Of a DNA stretch of 48,113 bases, positions 1 through 13,600 are shown piece by piece; within the stretch, counting starts at the first letter, position 1; every line of letters starts with the position of its first letter. The translations under genes were made by a program, and so were the position numbers. The notes below the pieces were generated by a model, which ran no database searches, was not told the DNA's origin, and worked only from the letters and a program-made list of their open reading frames with translations. This stretch comes from Nemertoderma westbladi (taxonomy: Eukaryota > Animalia > Xenacoelomorpha), in assembly GCA_032718475.1 (NCBI GenBank), contig JAUCBJ010002732.1, positions 1-48,113 of the forward strand, read 5' to 3'.

Positions 1-1295
1 CATTCTTATAAATCCTAATTATTGTTTTAGCTGAGAGTCTAAATATCCACATGAAGCCGAAATTTTTAATTTTGCTTGTATATTTGTTATAAGCATTTTA
101 AAAAAAGTGTCGTTTGCGAAATTGCCTCATCTCCTACAGTATCTTTATCTTCGTATCGTATCTTAATCTTCATATTAGTGAAGAATTGTTCATATCATTA
201 GAAAGCTTTGAAGAATTCGTATATATACAGTATACAGTAAGGATTCGATATTGCGTTGCAAGGATTCCAAATACTATATGTAACAATGTCCCCGGAAGTA
301 ATAATTGCTGAAATTGGAAACGATTTTATGATTTGGAATTTGCAGATGAAGGCTGTTGTAATGATATCTAGATTACATTCCAAAGACGAAAAATAAAGCC
401 GACACAGGTGCCTAAATATTACCAAATACAGTAGTATGATTTTTATAACAGCTTATTGTTTCGAAATAGCTCAGAAATTGTGAAAATCCGGACATACCTG
501 CAGTAAGAAAAGTTGTCGAACTATCATCACACCAAATTTCGTAGCATATGATTGAAATTGTAAAAAATCAGGGGGACTCAGACTTGGTAAAAATGGCTGT
601 TGTATTAAGGGAGGTGGTGTATTATTATACAGCTTTATTAGAGACCTTAAAGAAAATTGCCAAACAGGCAATTAATTGTTGTTGGGAATATTTATCAGCT
701 GACTTATTGTTGCTAGGGAAACATATAAAAACAACAATTCCTATTTTAAGTCTGATTGCAGCTGCTATGGTACCGGTACTGTAGTATGATTTTATGTAGT
801 ACCGGTACAATTACTGCAATAATCTGTAGGACAGGTTCAATTTCTGGCCTGATGTAGGTAGGCATGTTGTGGACCGCCTAAAAAAGGCTACAGATTTTAT
901 CTTAAAGTAATGTTACTGGTGCCGAAATAATAATAAGGTACCAGCTACACATAAGTACCGGTACATTACAGCATTATGTCGATGTATATATTTATATTAC
1001 AGTATTACATTGTAATTAGATATCAATTTTGGGAGAGGTATTCGTTCATGTAATGTACCCGTGTTGTCGGATAGTCCTCCAGTTAGGTATCCCTAAATTG
1101 TAACGGTACCTGTGTCAGTGTGTACTGCTTTTACGCACCTAGACCACAGTACGGTACGGTACGAGTCTCTTACACATTACAGTCAAAGATAATTAATAGC
1201 GTAGCGATCCTCTATAGCTTTACATATACTTCAGTTCAATCACCCAAAAACCTAGCTATAGTCAGGTAGTACTTGAACTAGCCATATTTACACCC

Positions 1296-3854
1296 ATGAT
1301 GAAAATTAAAGGCAAAAGTACAGCTGAAATTTCCGATGGTGACGTGGCCACATGGACGGATGAAGTTCCGGCATTCACATCGATTCAACGCGATGTGTCT
1401 CTGTTCTCCTTGGAAGTAGTTGTTCAGCACCTCGTTATTAAACGAACTGTTCCATGCCGCATTCCGGCCATCGCATTCCGACTGATGGACTTTCCGACTC
1501 TAATGATATCCCGGCACGGCCCCCAGGATGTCGAGGATATCAAACTCACCGCCGCGATGGAGTTTGGCGACTGTCTCCCTCCTCAGCTGGAGAGTTTACT
1601 GGACATGCAAGGGAAACATGTCGTGCGAAAAGGTAAATCCTGTCTATTTAAGATCCAACCCTCTGTCTTGCGTGACCACTTCCAGTGCGTTCCAATGTAC
1701 GTTATGGTTCTCGATCTGGTACATCCGGCGCCCAAACTAGTTGGAACGGCGACGATTCCGTTGTCGGAATCCGTTCCCAGTTTGTTCGGACACACCGAAT
1801 TTCCCTCCTCCCCGCTATTGTACGGAACCCGGAACTCTTACACGATCTACAACCTAATGGGTGCTAACGTAGGGGTCATACAGACAGGGGTCAAACTTGT
1901 CAATCTCGGGAGAACCTTACTGGCTCATCTTCCCATTCGGGAGGCGCTGGAGGAGCCTTCCGAGTCGCTTTGTCCACCGCTTTTTCTTCATCAGACGTCT
2001 CGTCGAGCTGACGAGGATATGAAACCCGAACCTTCTGTCGCAGTGATTCCGTCTGCCAATAAAGACTACGATTTGGTAAATATTTGCGATTCCGCCACTC
2101 AAACAAACGAACAAGCTCTAAGAGAAACGAGAGCAACTGCGCCCAAAAAATCGCTTGATATTATTCCGAAAGATTGCGCCGACATACCGGTTGTTGGCCA
2201 GGGGATTCTGTTTCCCGCGCCTCTGTTCTACAACAGTTCGTTGGACGAGCGACCTGCTACGGCACCGGCTGCGGAAGTACCGGTTGCCTACCAACACGTA
2301 GAAGAATTTGCCGATCTCAGGCAAGGCGATTTGGATTTAATGGAGGTCCAGGGATCCCTGGGGGACGACTTGCCGCCCCCCTCTGAGCTGTTCGCTCGTC
2401 TTAAAGAACGAAAACTCAGGACAATGGATCAGAAACAACAGCCTCTTGTATCTCACCAGTCACTTAAACAGTTTCCAATTCTAAACGATTTGTTTGCAGA
2501 ATTACAAAGACTTTATAACCCGGAGGGAACACATCAACCATCAGAAAGAAAACCTAAACCGGATCAGTTAGTTAAGAAACCCACTACTAGTCGTCAGACT
2601 AAGCCGACTGGTTCCCGTAGAGACGGGACGACTGCTCATCCTCAAGGTCACCCGGTGGAACGACCGCGGTTTATGGGGCCCAAAACCCCAACGAGTCTGT
2701 CCCACAGACGGAACCGCGGGGTCCCTGACGCGACGGCCCGGGTCCCGCCGACACGCGGGTGGTTACGTAAGGACCCAGAGTACGGGAGGAGGATCTCCCA
2801 TCTCGAGTACAAGATGACTCGAACTCAAATGCTGAGGATACAACGGACCAACCCGGAACTCTACCAGGCCCTAAGACTTTATCAGGATAGAGTAGAAAGT
2901 GAAAGTAATCGTCAACCCCACCCGAAACCTCCAGTTTCGGAAGAACCATTGAGTCAACTCAATACAACTATAGTTAAAGGGAAAATTCCCGATGTTAAAC
3001 CCAAAAAAACTGTGCAAATATTCGTACCGACAACCGATGCGGTTGCAGATAATGAAGAAATTCCTCTCCCTGTGATTGACGTTGGTACCGATGAAGTTGT
3101 TGGTGATGCCGTCGATATATTATCTGGTTCGTTGACCAGTTTGTCTTTGGTAACTTCTCCATCATCTTCTACTGGCACTGCAGGTAAGGTTCCCTCGGTT
3201 ACTTCGTTACAAAAAGAAGTTGAATCAGCAAATAAGGATGACGAAAATGATTACTCGGATGATTTCGAGGAGGTCGATGAGACAGAAACCGATGCGACAC
3301 CGGAGGTGGAAGCGGATCGGAGACCGGACGCCTCTCGGAAACCGGACACCGACGCCTCTCGGAAACCGGACACTGACGCCTCTCGGAAACCGGACACCGG
3401 CGCCTCTCGGAAGCCGGACAGCGACGCCTCTCAGAAGCGGGACACCGACGACTCTCGGAAGCCGGACACCGACGCCTCTCGGAAACCGGACACCGACGAC
3501 TCTCGGAAACCGGACACCGACGCCTCTCGGAAGCGGGACACCGACGCCTCTCAGATGCCGGATATGAACCGGACGCCATTCCGACACCCTGGACGCCGCA
3601 CCAATCTAAACCGTGGGGTTTACCCGACGAATCCTCCGGTCGTCCATCGGATCAGTAAACTCGTCCCGCTCCCTCCCCGCATTGCGTCCGAGAACGCTAA
3701 CATTGCTATGACTACCGGACGATCTCCAGACCCAGGCCGTTCCTCATGCGATAGCTACGTTCCCTCCAGGTTGAGTCCCGCTGATATCGATTCCGGCGAC
3801 GAAACTGACCAAAGATCGGTCGCTTCCGTCAGCGAAATTCTCAAACATTTGTAA
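1296..3854 (+). CDS. MAP10: Microtubule-associated protein 10-like (MAP10/KIAA1383 family), single coding exon, 852 aa
   Basis: Long ORF, GC-richer than its flanks. N-terminal motifs SLFSLEVVV, PAIAFRLMDFPTL, GKSCLFKIQP and YNLMG..G.I..GVKLVNLG match the conserved MAP10 N-terminal domain as I recall it. The C-terminal half is low-complexity. Confidence 0.85.
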   Translation: MMKIKGKSTAEISDGDVATWTDEVPAFTSIQRDVSLFSLEVVVQHLVIKRTVPCRIPAIAFRLMDFPTLMISRHGPQDVEDIKLTAAMEFGDCLPPQLESLLDMQGKHVVRKGKSCLFKIQPSVLRDHFQCVPMYVMVLDLVHPAPKLVGTATIPLSESVPSLFGHTEFPSSPLLYGTRNSYTIYNLMGANVGVIQTGVKLVNLGRTLLAHLPIREALEEPSESLCPPLFLHQTSRRADEDMKPEPSVAVIPSANKDYDLVNICDSATQTNEQALRETRATAPKKSLDIIPKDCADIPVVGQGILFPAPLFYNSSLDERPATAPAAEVPVAYQHVEEFADLRQGDLDLMEVQGSLGDDLPPPSELFARLKERKLRTMDQKQQPLVSHQSLKQFPILNDLFAELQRLYNPEGTHQPSERKPKPDQLVKKPTTSRQTKPTGSRRDGTTAHPQGHPVERPRFMGPKTPTSLSHRRNRGVPDATARVPPTRGWLRKDPEYGRRISHLEYKMTRTQMLRIQRTNPELYQALRLYQDRVESESNRQPHPKPPVSEEPLSQLNTTIVKGKIPDVKPKKTVQIFVPTTDAVADNEEIPLPVIDVGTDEVVGDAVDILSGSLTSLSLVTSPSSSTGTAGKVPSVTSLQKEVESANKDDENDYSDDFEEVDETETDATPEVEADRRPDASRKPDTDASRKPDTDASRKPDTGASRKPDSDASQKRDTDDSRKPDTDASRKPDTDDSRKPDTDASRKRDTDASQMPDMNRTPFRHPGRRTNLNRGVYPTNPPVVHRISKLVPLPPRIASENANIAMTTGRSPDPGRSSCDSYVPSRLSPADIDSGDETDQRSVASVSEILKHL
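3318..3575 (+). repeat. Coding 24-bp minisatellite (DASRKPDT)n, about 10 copies, inside MAP10
   Basis: Unit gacgcctctcggaaaccggacacc is repeated in frame. Confidence 0.95.
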
Positions 3855-5317
3855 CTAACGATCCGTTATGCTTGTATTAATCTATTATTTCACATATATT
3901 TGATACTATCTCGTCTCCCAACACCTAGTTGTTACTTCATTTACAATATAATCTAACAAAACAATTTCCATTTTAATAGTATTTTCAATTTATTCCCATT
4001 CATTTTAATTAAATCGATATATAAAAATGGATGGGAAAATCAAAATATCTGACTCCGTCGTAACCTCAACCGTGTGTCGAGCTAGTTATTTATCAAAATT
4101 TTTCAAATTTTAAGCAACATCATAATAATTTGTAGAAAAATATGTTGGGGGGGGGGGGGGGGGGGAGTTATATACACTAATATATTATGGGTCATGCCTG
4201 CTAGGTCCTATCCTGTAAATTGAATGCGAAATGCTGTTTCTCATGAATGCTATGGCGGTTACTTGACTTTTAAATAAAATGTTGTTATTAATAAATTATT
4301 TCTCGACTTTTCCCACATGTGTAGTATAATATTTTTCCTTGTCATTTAATCATATTGAAGGTATAGTAGTAAGATATGGATGAAATAGCCCAGCATATTG
4401 GAGCGCCATAAGTCGTTAGCTGTACACTAAATATCGCGTGTATCGTAAGTAATTAGTCTCTTTGTATTTTATTCCCTTTTAACTATTTCCCTCCCGCTGT
4501 GTTTCATTTCCGTAACATACGGAGCTGCCCTATCTCTCTACAGGCTCTTTCCATTTTTTTAACTAACCCCAGTAATTATTCATTGCCTCTTGAGACCGAA
4601 ATGTCCAAAGTCTCTATAATTTAACCATGTCGTCATCCATTACGAGGTAGATAGTGTTGGTACACTTGGTGGATAGTGAGTAACCTATTGACTTTCACTA
4701 CCCGAGCTTCAAGCGTTGCTGAGCATAATTAAACGGACGCATATCTATCTATCTCAGGCTGCTAGGGAATAGCTGAGCAGGTGTGGGCAGTTGCGGCCCA
4801 TACTTACTACAACTGTCCCACTAAAAGTCATTTCCCTTCGGGTGAAATCTCATTTAAATTCTTCACATCTCGTTCCGCTGTACACAGAAATAATTGTTAA
4901 TTTCCTTGAGTGAACCTTCGGAAAAATTCATTTAGATTTATTCCCAGAACTCAAATTAGTTGTTGAGTTTTTTTTCGCAGATTTCCCGATTATAACTCTG
5001 TAAGGCCTGATTATAATTCCAGAGGATTTGCTCCTAACAATTGTGATAGTTAAAGCACGTGGAAATCGAAAGATTTCAGAAACATCGCATCTTCTAATAG
5101 TTTGGCGAAGCTTTAGTATTGAAACCCAATGTTATTCAATTTAAAAATTTAATAATGTTCTTACACATTAATAAAAATGCAACGAATTAAGTTCTCATTT
5201 TAATATGACCACACAAAATTATTGTTAAAAATATATATTATAAAAATGTCAAAATTGTTAATGACTTTCTACGTATTAACATTAGTACAAAATTAATGGA
5301 GAATTGTTTTATTATTA

Positions 5318-6140
5318 CATGACCTACTATAGATACTCAGGTGAAACAAATAAAAACTTAATAGCTCCAGTAGTTTTCGAGCATTCGAGGTATGAGGAGT
5401 TCTTGGCACCCATACCATATCAACACCTCTCTGGATTGATAAAATTACTCAATATACGAAAACGATTCACCGGGAATCTGTTCCGACTTCAGTGTCCAGA
5501 TTGCCTCAAAATTTGAGTGTCATATGTCGTGATCAGCATCCCAGAAAACCCACAATGTCAATATTAGGTTGATTTGGTATTGATTTTTGATATCTTTACT
5601 ACTTTACTTCGATATGTTTGATGTAGAGCTCAGTAGCCAAACTGTACGGCAAATTTAACACTTTTGGCTGTTTGACAATTTCAAGCTACTTGCACTTTTG
5701 GTGCTCTTTTGATATCTATTAAAAAATGAAAATGAAAATTTTGCTTCTAATCTCGTGTTCGATTTCTAATATTGAATTCGATAACCAAAAAAGCATGGCC
5801 TATATGGTTATACCAAAGTCTTTGAAGGGTGTTTTTATTTTATGTAATATATAATTAATATGTAATTAATCAATGTATGTAATATAATTAATAATAATAT
5901 GTAAAATTCCGAAAGGTTCCGATATGGTATGGGTGCCAGGAACTCCTCATATCTCGAAAACTACTGGAGCTATTAAATTTTTATTTGTCTCATCTGAAAG
6001 AGAACATAATTTTAGTTAGGGACAAGTACTTTCGACGCGCTAGAGAAATAGTTTCAGTGTTTCTATATAAGAGAAATAACTGGCCCACTGAATTTTGGGG
6101 CTTTGCGCAGCTTGGCGGGTCGTATCTATAGTAGGTCATG
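5318..6140. mobile_element. Non-autonomous DNA transposon (MITE), P-superfamily-like
   Basis: Perfect 19-bp TIR catgacctactatagatac (5318-5336 / 6122-6140), flanked on both sides by attatta (7-bp TSD). An inner imperfect inverted repeat of about 100 bp lies at ~5338-5435 / ~5905-5996. CA termini with a 7-8 bp TSD suggest the P superfamily (inference). Confidence 0.8.
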
Positions 6141-7655
6141 ATTATTACTTTAATTATTTTTTCATTACAAAATTAATGTAGTTGAATTATTTAGATCATA
6201 GTATCGTTAATAGCACCTATTGAATAAGGGCGTATTTGCCACTCAGTATAAATCTGCTCCTCATAATTTCTATGAGTTAGGATTAATTTGAAATGAGGAT
6301 TAAGTCGTTGAATTTACATATTTCACATATTGTAATTATTTTCCTTCAAATATGTAATTGGGAACCGAGAGTAACTTCAAATCAAAAGCAGGGACATCAG
6401 TTTGCGACAAGGTGCTCATAGTTCTAACAAACACACTGATTTGAAACCAGGAACTCAAATGTGTAACTGGGAACCCAAATACATAACCAGATGATCTAAT
6501 TTGTAACTGATAACTACAATTTGTTACAGATTTGTAACCAGAAACTCAGATTTGTTACCTCTGCCTTTTGTCTCTTTTATTTGAAATAAAAAGTCGGTTC
6601 CTTATCGGGCCGCTAGGCCCGTCACTAGTATGACTATGGTAAATATTAAAGCAGTATTTAACTCTAACCTATCTGCAATACAGGCCGTGTTACAGTGATT
6701 CCCATCAATGTACTTAGGCAGACTTTTTAATATTATCATAATTTATTATTAATGAAATATATTTATTGCGCAATTTTACTGTATGGCTATATAATAATTA
6801 CATTTACATTTTACATAACCGTCACCTTGTAAAGGCTATTTAAATTAATTAAAAATCTCAACTATTTCACAGACTTTTATTTACTCTAATACTAAATGTT
6901 GAGGTCAGAGACCTCCGTTGTCTTGACGACGTGTTTGCAATTTGCATACGGTTACCTGCTACTAATTGCTCCCAAGCCTGTATCTTTTTGCCTTTCGCCT
7001 TCAACAATTTTATAATAGATATCAATCCACTAAAAAATCATGTTACTGTGTCTGCTAGGCCTGTCAGATATCCACTGAACCACTGCCGCCAATGCATCAA
7101 CTGGTATCACCCAGATAGGAGATGGCCGCAAATTTGTATGCAAAGGGTGGCCCATCAATGCATGACACTGTCAGATGTGGAATAGCAGCTGCATCTCCAT
7201 ATAATACAATACGAAGTCAGCCTTAAATATGTTATGCTTATTGTCCTAGGCAGATAATACATTCACTTCCTTCAGCTGATTCCATCCGAATAAGAACTAG
7301 TTTAATTGCAACTCGATTTCAACTCATACTGATGAATACAGTATAAATAAAGGCACACGGGTGGGAATCATTCTGTTGTTACTTAAATCTTTGATGATAC
7401 TTTACAATTTTTGCAGAGATCTGATTGCATCTTTTCCATTTAAAATTGCTACCATTTTTAGTTATAGTTATGGTTGATTTTTAATTATTTATTCATTTTG
7501 TAACTTTACGGGATGTATTTGTGGAAAAACGAAATTATTATATATATGTATGTACTAAATATTTTGTTATTTTTGTGCATGTGCATGTGCATGTTAAAGT
7601 TTAAAATGTTTAAAGTATCAATATCGAAAGCTGTATAGATGTTAGTTACACGAAC

Positions 7656-10600
7656 ATGGATGGTTTAAATATAGACGAGTTGACGATAATGGCTAAAATT
7701 AATTGCAACACGATTGCTATTATAAACATGTCAACAAAAGATGAAAATTTTGCAATTCACAAAGCCAATTTCCATCATTGTTCAGAGCCGGATGTCAGAT
7801 CAAATAGTGATATCACGAGACAACACTGCGAATTGTCATTTTCAAACGTTTCTTCCAAAAAACAAAGACATAATTCTGCGCCATCATTTCTGAACTATAT
7901 TCCTTCGAGTAATATTGACAAAGTTGACGCAGTTAGAACGTCTTTTTACCGAAATTCCACCAACCATGCTCAACATGAGTTAATTGCCCCTGGCGTATAT
8001 CCCCAGAAACATTTTCTCAAAAGATCATTTGCTTTCGAGTACCGTAGGCCGTACCTCTACAGAGGGGATCCTCTTGATAGATCTACCCAAAACGCCTCTG
8101 TTAAATCAGAATATTCAGCTAGTGAGTCATGTAATGTCCAAAACGAGTTACCCGTCCCTAATTCTTCGACGGAAAACGGAGAAATGAACGTTAACAGTCA
8201 GCCCCTGTCACCCTCAAGGAATGTACAAGTGATGAATGACTCTATATCGTCCGCAATAGATGGACAATTAGAGAATGAATCTCTGTCGCTCAAATGGGGT
8301 GGTCATCGACACATGAAACTTAACAATATAGAATCATATTTGTGTTTCATTCATGTTAACAACTTGGGGAACATCCAGAAAGGTTGCAGTTCTGTATTCT
8401 ATGTTACGCGTTGTGGTAATATATCTTCTAATGGAACAGCCCCAATTATGAAAGAAATAGTAAGGGATACTGATGCTGTAGCCGCAGTTGATAATAATTG
8501 TGCGCCTACTATTGATGAGAACGAAGTCAAACTGCAAGCGAATAATAGTATACCTACAGTTGAGAAGGATGGACATAATGGTAGCATAGCTACAATCGCA
8601 TTAATTTATAATTCACAATGCATTAATACGCTTAACGCATTTACGAAAGAAGTGATTAACAAATCAGAGAACAGTGATAAAACCGACACTATTTTACACG
8701 AGACTATTGATAAACCAGAGTGCAGTGATAAAACTGATGCGATTACACACGCGACGGTTGACAAAACAAAGGACATTGTTGAGATGGATACGATTTCAAA
8801 CGAGACTATTGACAAACCAGAGGACAGTGATGAAACTGATACCATTTCAAACGAGACTATTGACAAACAAGAGCGCAGTGATAAAACTGTTTCGATTTCA
8901 CACGAGACTGTTGACAAACCAGAGGACAGTGATGAAACTAATACCATTTCACACGAGACTGTTGACCAACCAGAGGACAGTGATGAAACTGATACCATTT
9001 CAAACGAGACTATTGACAAACAAGAGCGCAGTGATAAAACTGTTTCGATTTCACACGAGACTGTTGACAAACCAGAGGACAGTGATGAAACTGATACCAT
9101 TTCAAACGAGACTATTGACAAACAAGAGCGCAGTGATAAAACTGTTTCGATTTCACACGAGACTGTTGACAAACCAGAGGACAGTGATGAAACTGATATG
9201 ATTTCACACGAGACTGTTGACAAACCAGAGTACAGTGATAAAACTGTTTCGATTTCACACGAGACTGTTGACAAACCAGAGGACAGTGATGAAACTGATA
9301 TGATTTCACACGAGACTGTTGACAAACCAGAGTACAGTGATAAAACTGTTTCGATTTCACACGAGACTGTTGACAAACCAGAGGACAGTGATGAAACTGA
9401 TACCATTTCAAACGAGACTATTGACAAACAAGAGTGCAGTGATAAAACTGTTTCGATTTCACACGAGACTGTTGACAAACCAGAGGACAGTGATGAAACT
9501 GATATGATTTCACACGAGACTGTTGACAAACCAGAGTACAGTGATAAAACTGTTTCGATTTCACACGAGACTGTTGACAAACCAGAGGACAGTGATTTGA
9601 CTGATACCATTTCACCCGAGACTATTGACAAACCAGAGTGTAGTGATAAAACTGAATCGATTTCACACGAGACTGTTGACAAACCAGAGGACAGTGATGA
9701 AACTGATACCATTTCAAACGAGACTATTGACAAACAAGAGCGCAGTGATAAAACTGTTTCGATTTCACACGAGACTGTTGACAAACCAGAGGACAGTGAT
9801 GAAACTGATATGATTTCACACGAGACTGTTGACAAACCAGAGTGTAGTGATAAAACTGTTTCGATTTCACTCGAAACTATTGACAAACCAGAGGACATTG
9901 ATGAGACTGATACCATTTCACACGAGACTATTGACAAACCAGAGTGCAGTGATAAAAATGTTTCGATTTCACACGAGACTGTTGACAAACCACCAGAGGA
10001 AAGTGATGAAACTGATACCATTTCATACGAGACTATTAATAAACCAGAGTGCAGTGGTAAAACTGGTTCGATTTCACACGAGACTGTTGACAAACCAGAG
10101 TGCAGTGATAAAACTGTTTCGATTTCACACGAGACTGTTGACAAACCAGAGGACATTGATGAGACTGATACCATTTCACACGAGACAGTTGACAAACCAG
10201 AGGACAGTGATAAAACTGTTTCGATTTCACACGAGACTGTTGACAAACCAGAGGACATTGATGAGACTGATACCATTTCACACGAGACAGTTGACAAACC
10301 AGAGGACAGTGATAAAACTGTTTCGATTTCACACGAGACTGTTGACAAACCAGAGGACATTGATGAGACTGATACCATTTCACACGAGACAGTTGACAAA
10401 CCAGAGGACAGTGATAAAACTGTTTCGATTTCACACGAGACTGTTGACAAACCAGAGGACAGTGATGAAACTGATACTATTTCACACGAGACAGTTGACA
10501 AACCAGAGTGCAGTGATAAAAATGTTTCGATTTCACACGAGACTGTTGACAAACCACCAGAGAAAAGTGATGAACCTGATACGATTTCACACGAAACTAT

Positions 10601-13600
10601 TGACAAACCAGAGGACAGTGATAAAACTGTTTCGATTTCACACGAGACTGTTGACAAACCAGAGGACATTGATGAGACTGATACCATTTCACACGAGACA
10701 GTTGACAAACCAGAGTGCAGTGATAAAACTGTTTCGATTTCACACGAGACTGTTGACAAACCAGAGGACATTGATGAGACTGATACCATTTCACACGAGA
10801 CAGTTGACAAACCAGAGTGCAGTGATAAAACTGTTTCGATTTCACACGAGACTGTTGACAAACCAGAGGACATTGATGAGACTGATACCATTTCACACGA
10901 GACAGTTGACAAACCAGAGTGCAGTGATAAAACTGTTTCGATTTCACACGAGACTGTTGACAAACCAGAGGACATTGATGAGACTGATACCATTTCACAC
11001 GAGACAGTTGACAAACCAGTGTGCAGTGATAAAACTGTTTCGATTTCACACGAGACTGTTGACAAACCAGAGGACATTGATGAGACTGATACCATTTCAC
11101 ACGAGACAGTTGACAAACCAGAGTGCAGTGATAAAACTGTTTCGATTTCACACGAGACTGTTGACAAACCAGAGGACATTGATGAGACTGATACCATTTC
11201 ACACGAGACAGTTGACAAACCAGAGGACAGTGATAAAACTGTTTCGATTTCACACGAGACTGTTGACAAACCAGAGGACATTGATGAGACTGATACCATT
11301 TCACACGAGACAGTTGACAAACCAGAGGACAGTGATAAAACTGTTTCGATTTCACACGAGACTGTTGACAAACCAGAGGACAGTGATGAAACTGATACTA
11401 TTTCACACGAGACAGTTGACAAACCAGAGTGCAGTGATAAAAATGTTTCGATTTCACACGAGACTGTTGACAAACCACCAGAGAAAAGTGATGAACCTGA
11501 TACGATTTCACACGAAACTATTGACAAACCAGAGGACAGTGATAAAACTGTTTTGATTTCACACGAGACTGTTGACAAACCAGAGGACATTGATGAGACT
11601 GATACCATTTCACACGAGACAGTTGACAAACCAGAGTGCAGTGATAAAACTGTTTCGATTTCACACGAGACTGTTGACAAACCAGAGGACATTGATGAGA
11701 CTGATACCATTTCACACGAGACAGTTGACAAACCAGAGTGCAGTGATAAAACTGTTTCGATTTCACACGAGACTGTTGACAAACCAGAGGACATTGATGA
11801 GACTGATACCATTTCACACGAGACAGTTGACAAACCAGAGTGCAGTGATAAAACTGTTTCGATTTCACACGAGACTGTTGACAAACCAGAGGACATTGAT
11901 GAGACTGATACCATTTCACACGAGACAGTTGACAAACCAGAGGACAGTGATAAAACTGTTTCGATTTCACACGAGACTGTTGACAAACCAGAGGACATTG
12001 ATGAGACTGATACCATTTCACACGAGACAGTTGACAAACCAGAGGACAGTGATAAAACTGTTTCGATTTCACACGAGACTGTTGACAAGCCAGAGGACAG
12101 TGATGAAACTGATACTATTTCACACGAGACAGTTGACAAACCAGAGTGCAGTGATAAAAATGTTTCGATTTCACACGAGACTGTTGACAAACCACCAGAG
12201 AAAAGTGATGAACCTGATACGATTTCACACGAAACTATTGACAAACCAGAGGACAGTGATAAAACTGTTTCGATTTCACACGAGACTGTTGACAAACCAG
12301 AGGACATTGATGAGACTGATACCATTTCACACGAGACAGTTGACAAACCAGAGTGCAGTGATAAAACTGTTTCGATTTCACACGAGACTGTTGACAAACC
12401 AGAGGACGAGACAGTTGACAAACCAGAGTGCAGTGATAAAACTGTTTCGATTTCACACGAGACTGTTGACAAACCAAAGGACAGTGATGAAACTGATACT
12501 ATTTCACACAAGACAGTTGATAAACCAGAGTGCAGTGATAAAAATGTTTCTATTTCACACGAGACAGTTGACATACCAAAGGACATTGATGAAACTGGTA
12601 CCATTTCACACGAGACTATTGACAAACCAGAGTGCAGTGATAAAACTGATACGATTTCACACGCGACGTTTGACAAAACAGAGGACAGAGATAAAACTGA
12701 TGCGATTTCACATGAGACAGTTGACAAACCAGAGGATATTGACAATACTGATACGAGTTTACACGAGACTGTTGACAAACTGGAAGACATTGATAAAAAT
12801 GTTTCGATTTCACACGAGACAGTTGACAAACCAGAGGACAGTGATGAAACTGATACTATTTCACACGAGACAGTTGACAAACCAGAGCGCAATGATAAAA
12901 ATGTTTCGATTTCACACGAGACTGTTGACAAACCACCAGACGACAGTGATGAAACTGTTACCATTTCACACGAGACTATTGACAAACCAGAGTGTAGAGA
13001 TAAAACTGTTTCGATTTCACACGAGTCTGTTAACATACCAAAGGACATTGATGAAACTGGTACCATTTCACACGAGACTATTGAAAAACCAGAGTGCAGT
13101 GATAAAACTGATACGATTTCACACGCGACGATTAACAAACAAGAGTGCAGTGATAAAACTGTTTCGATTTCAAACGAGATTGTTGACAAACCAGAGGACA
13201 TGGACAAAACTGATGCGGGTTTACACGAGACTGTTGACAAACTGGAAGACATTGATAAAAGTGTTTCGATTTCACACGAGACTGTTGACATACCAGAGGA
13301 CAGTGATGAAACTGGTACCATTTCACACGATACTATTGACAAACCACAGTGCAGTGATAAAACTGATACGATTTCACACGCGACGATTGACAAAACAGAG
13401 TGCAGTGATAAAATTGATTCAATTTCAAACGCGACTTTTGACAAACCAGAGGAAATTTATAATACTGATACGAGTTTACATGCGACTGTTGACAAACTGG
13501 AAGACATTGATAAAACTGTTTCGATTTCACACGAGACGGGTGAAAAACTAGAGGACAGTGGTAAAACTGATATTAATTCACACGAAACTGTTGACAAACC

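Noticed and set aside
114-810. Short ORFs upstream of MAP10, considered as candidate PTB exons
   Set aside because: AT-rich, with no recognisable PTB or other domain motifs.
7020-7205. Minus-strand peptide IDG...SYLGDT..IGG faintly resembling a LINE RT C-terminal region
   Set aside because: Too short and interrupted by stops to support a call.
8606-13444. 1612-aa antisense ORF and the alternate-frame ORFs inside the 51-bp array
   Set aside because: They are shadows of a repeat unit that lacks stops in those frames and are largely confined to the array. Only the + frame from 7656 extends well into unique sequence on both sides.
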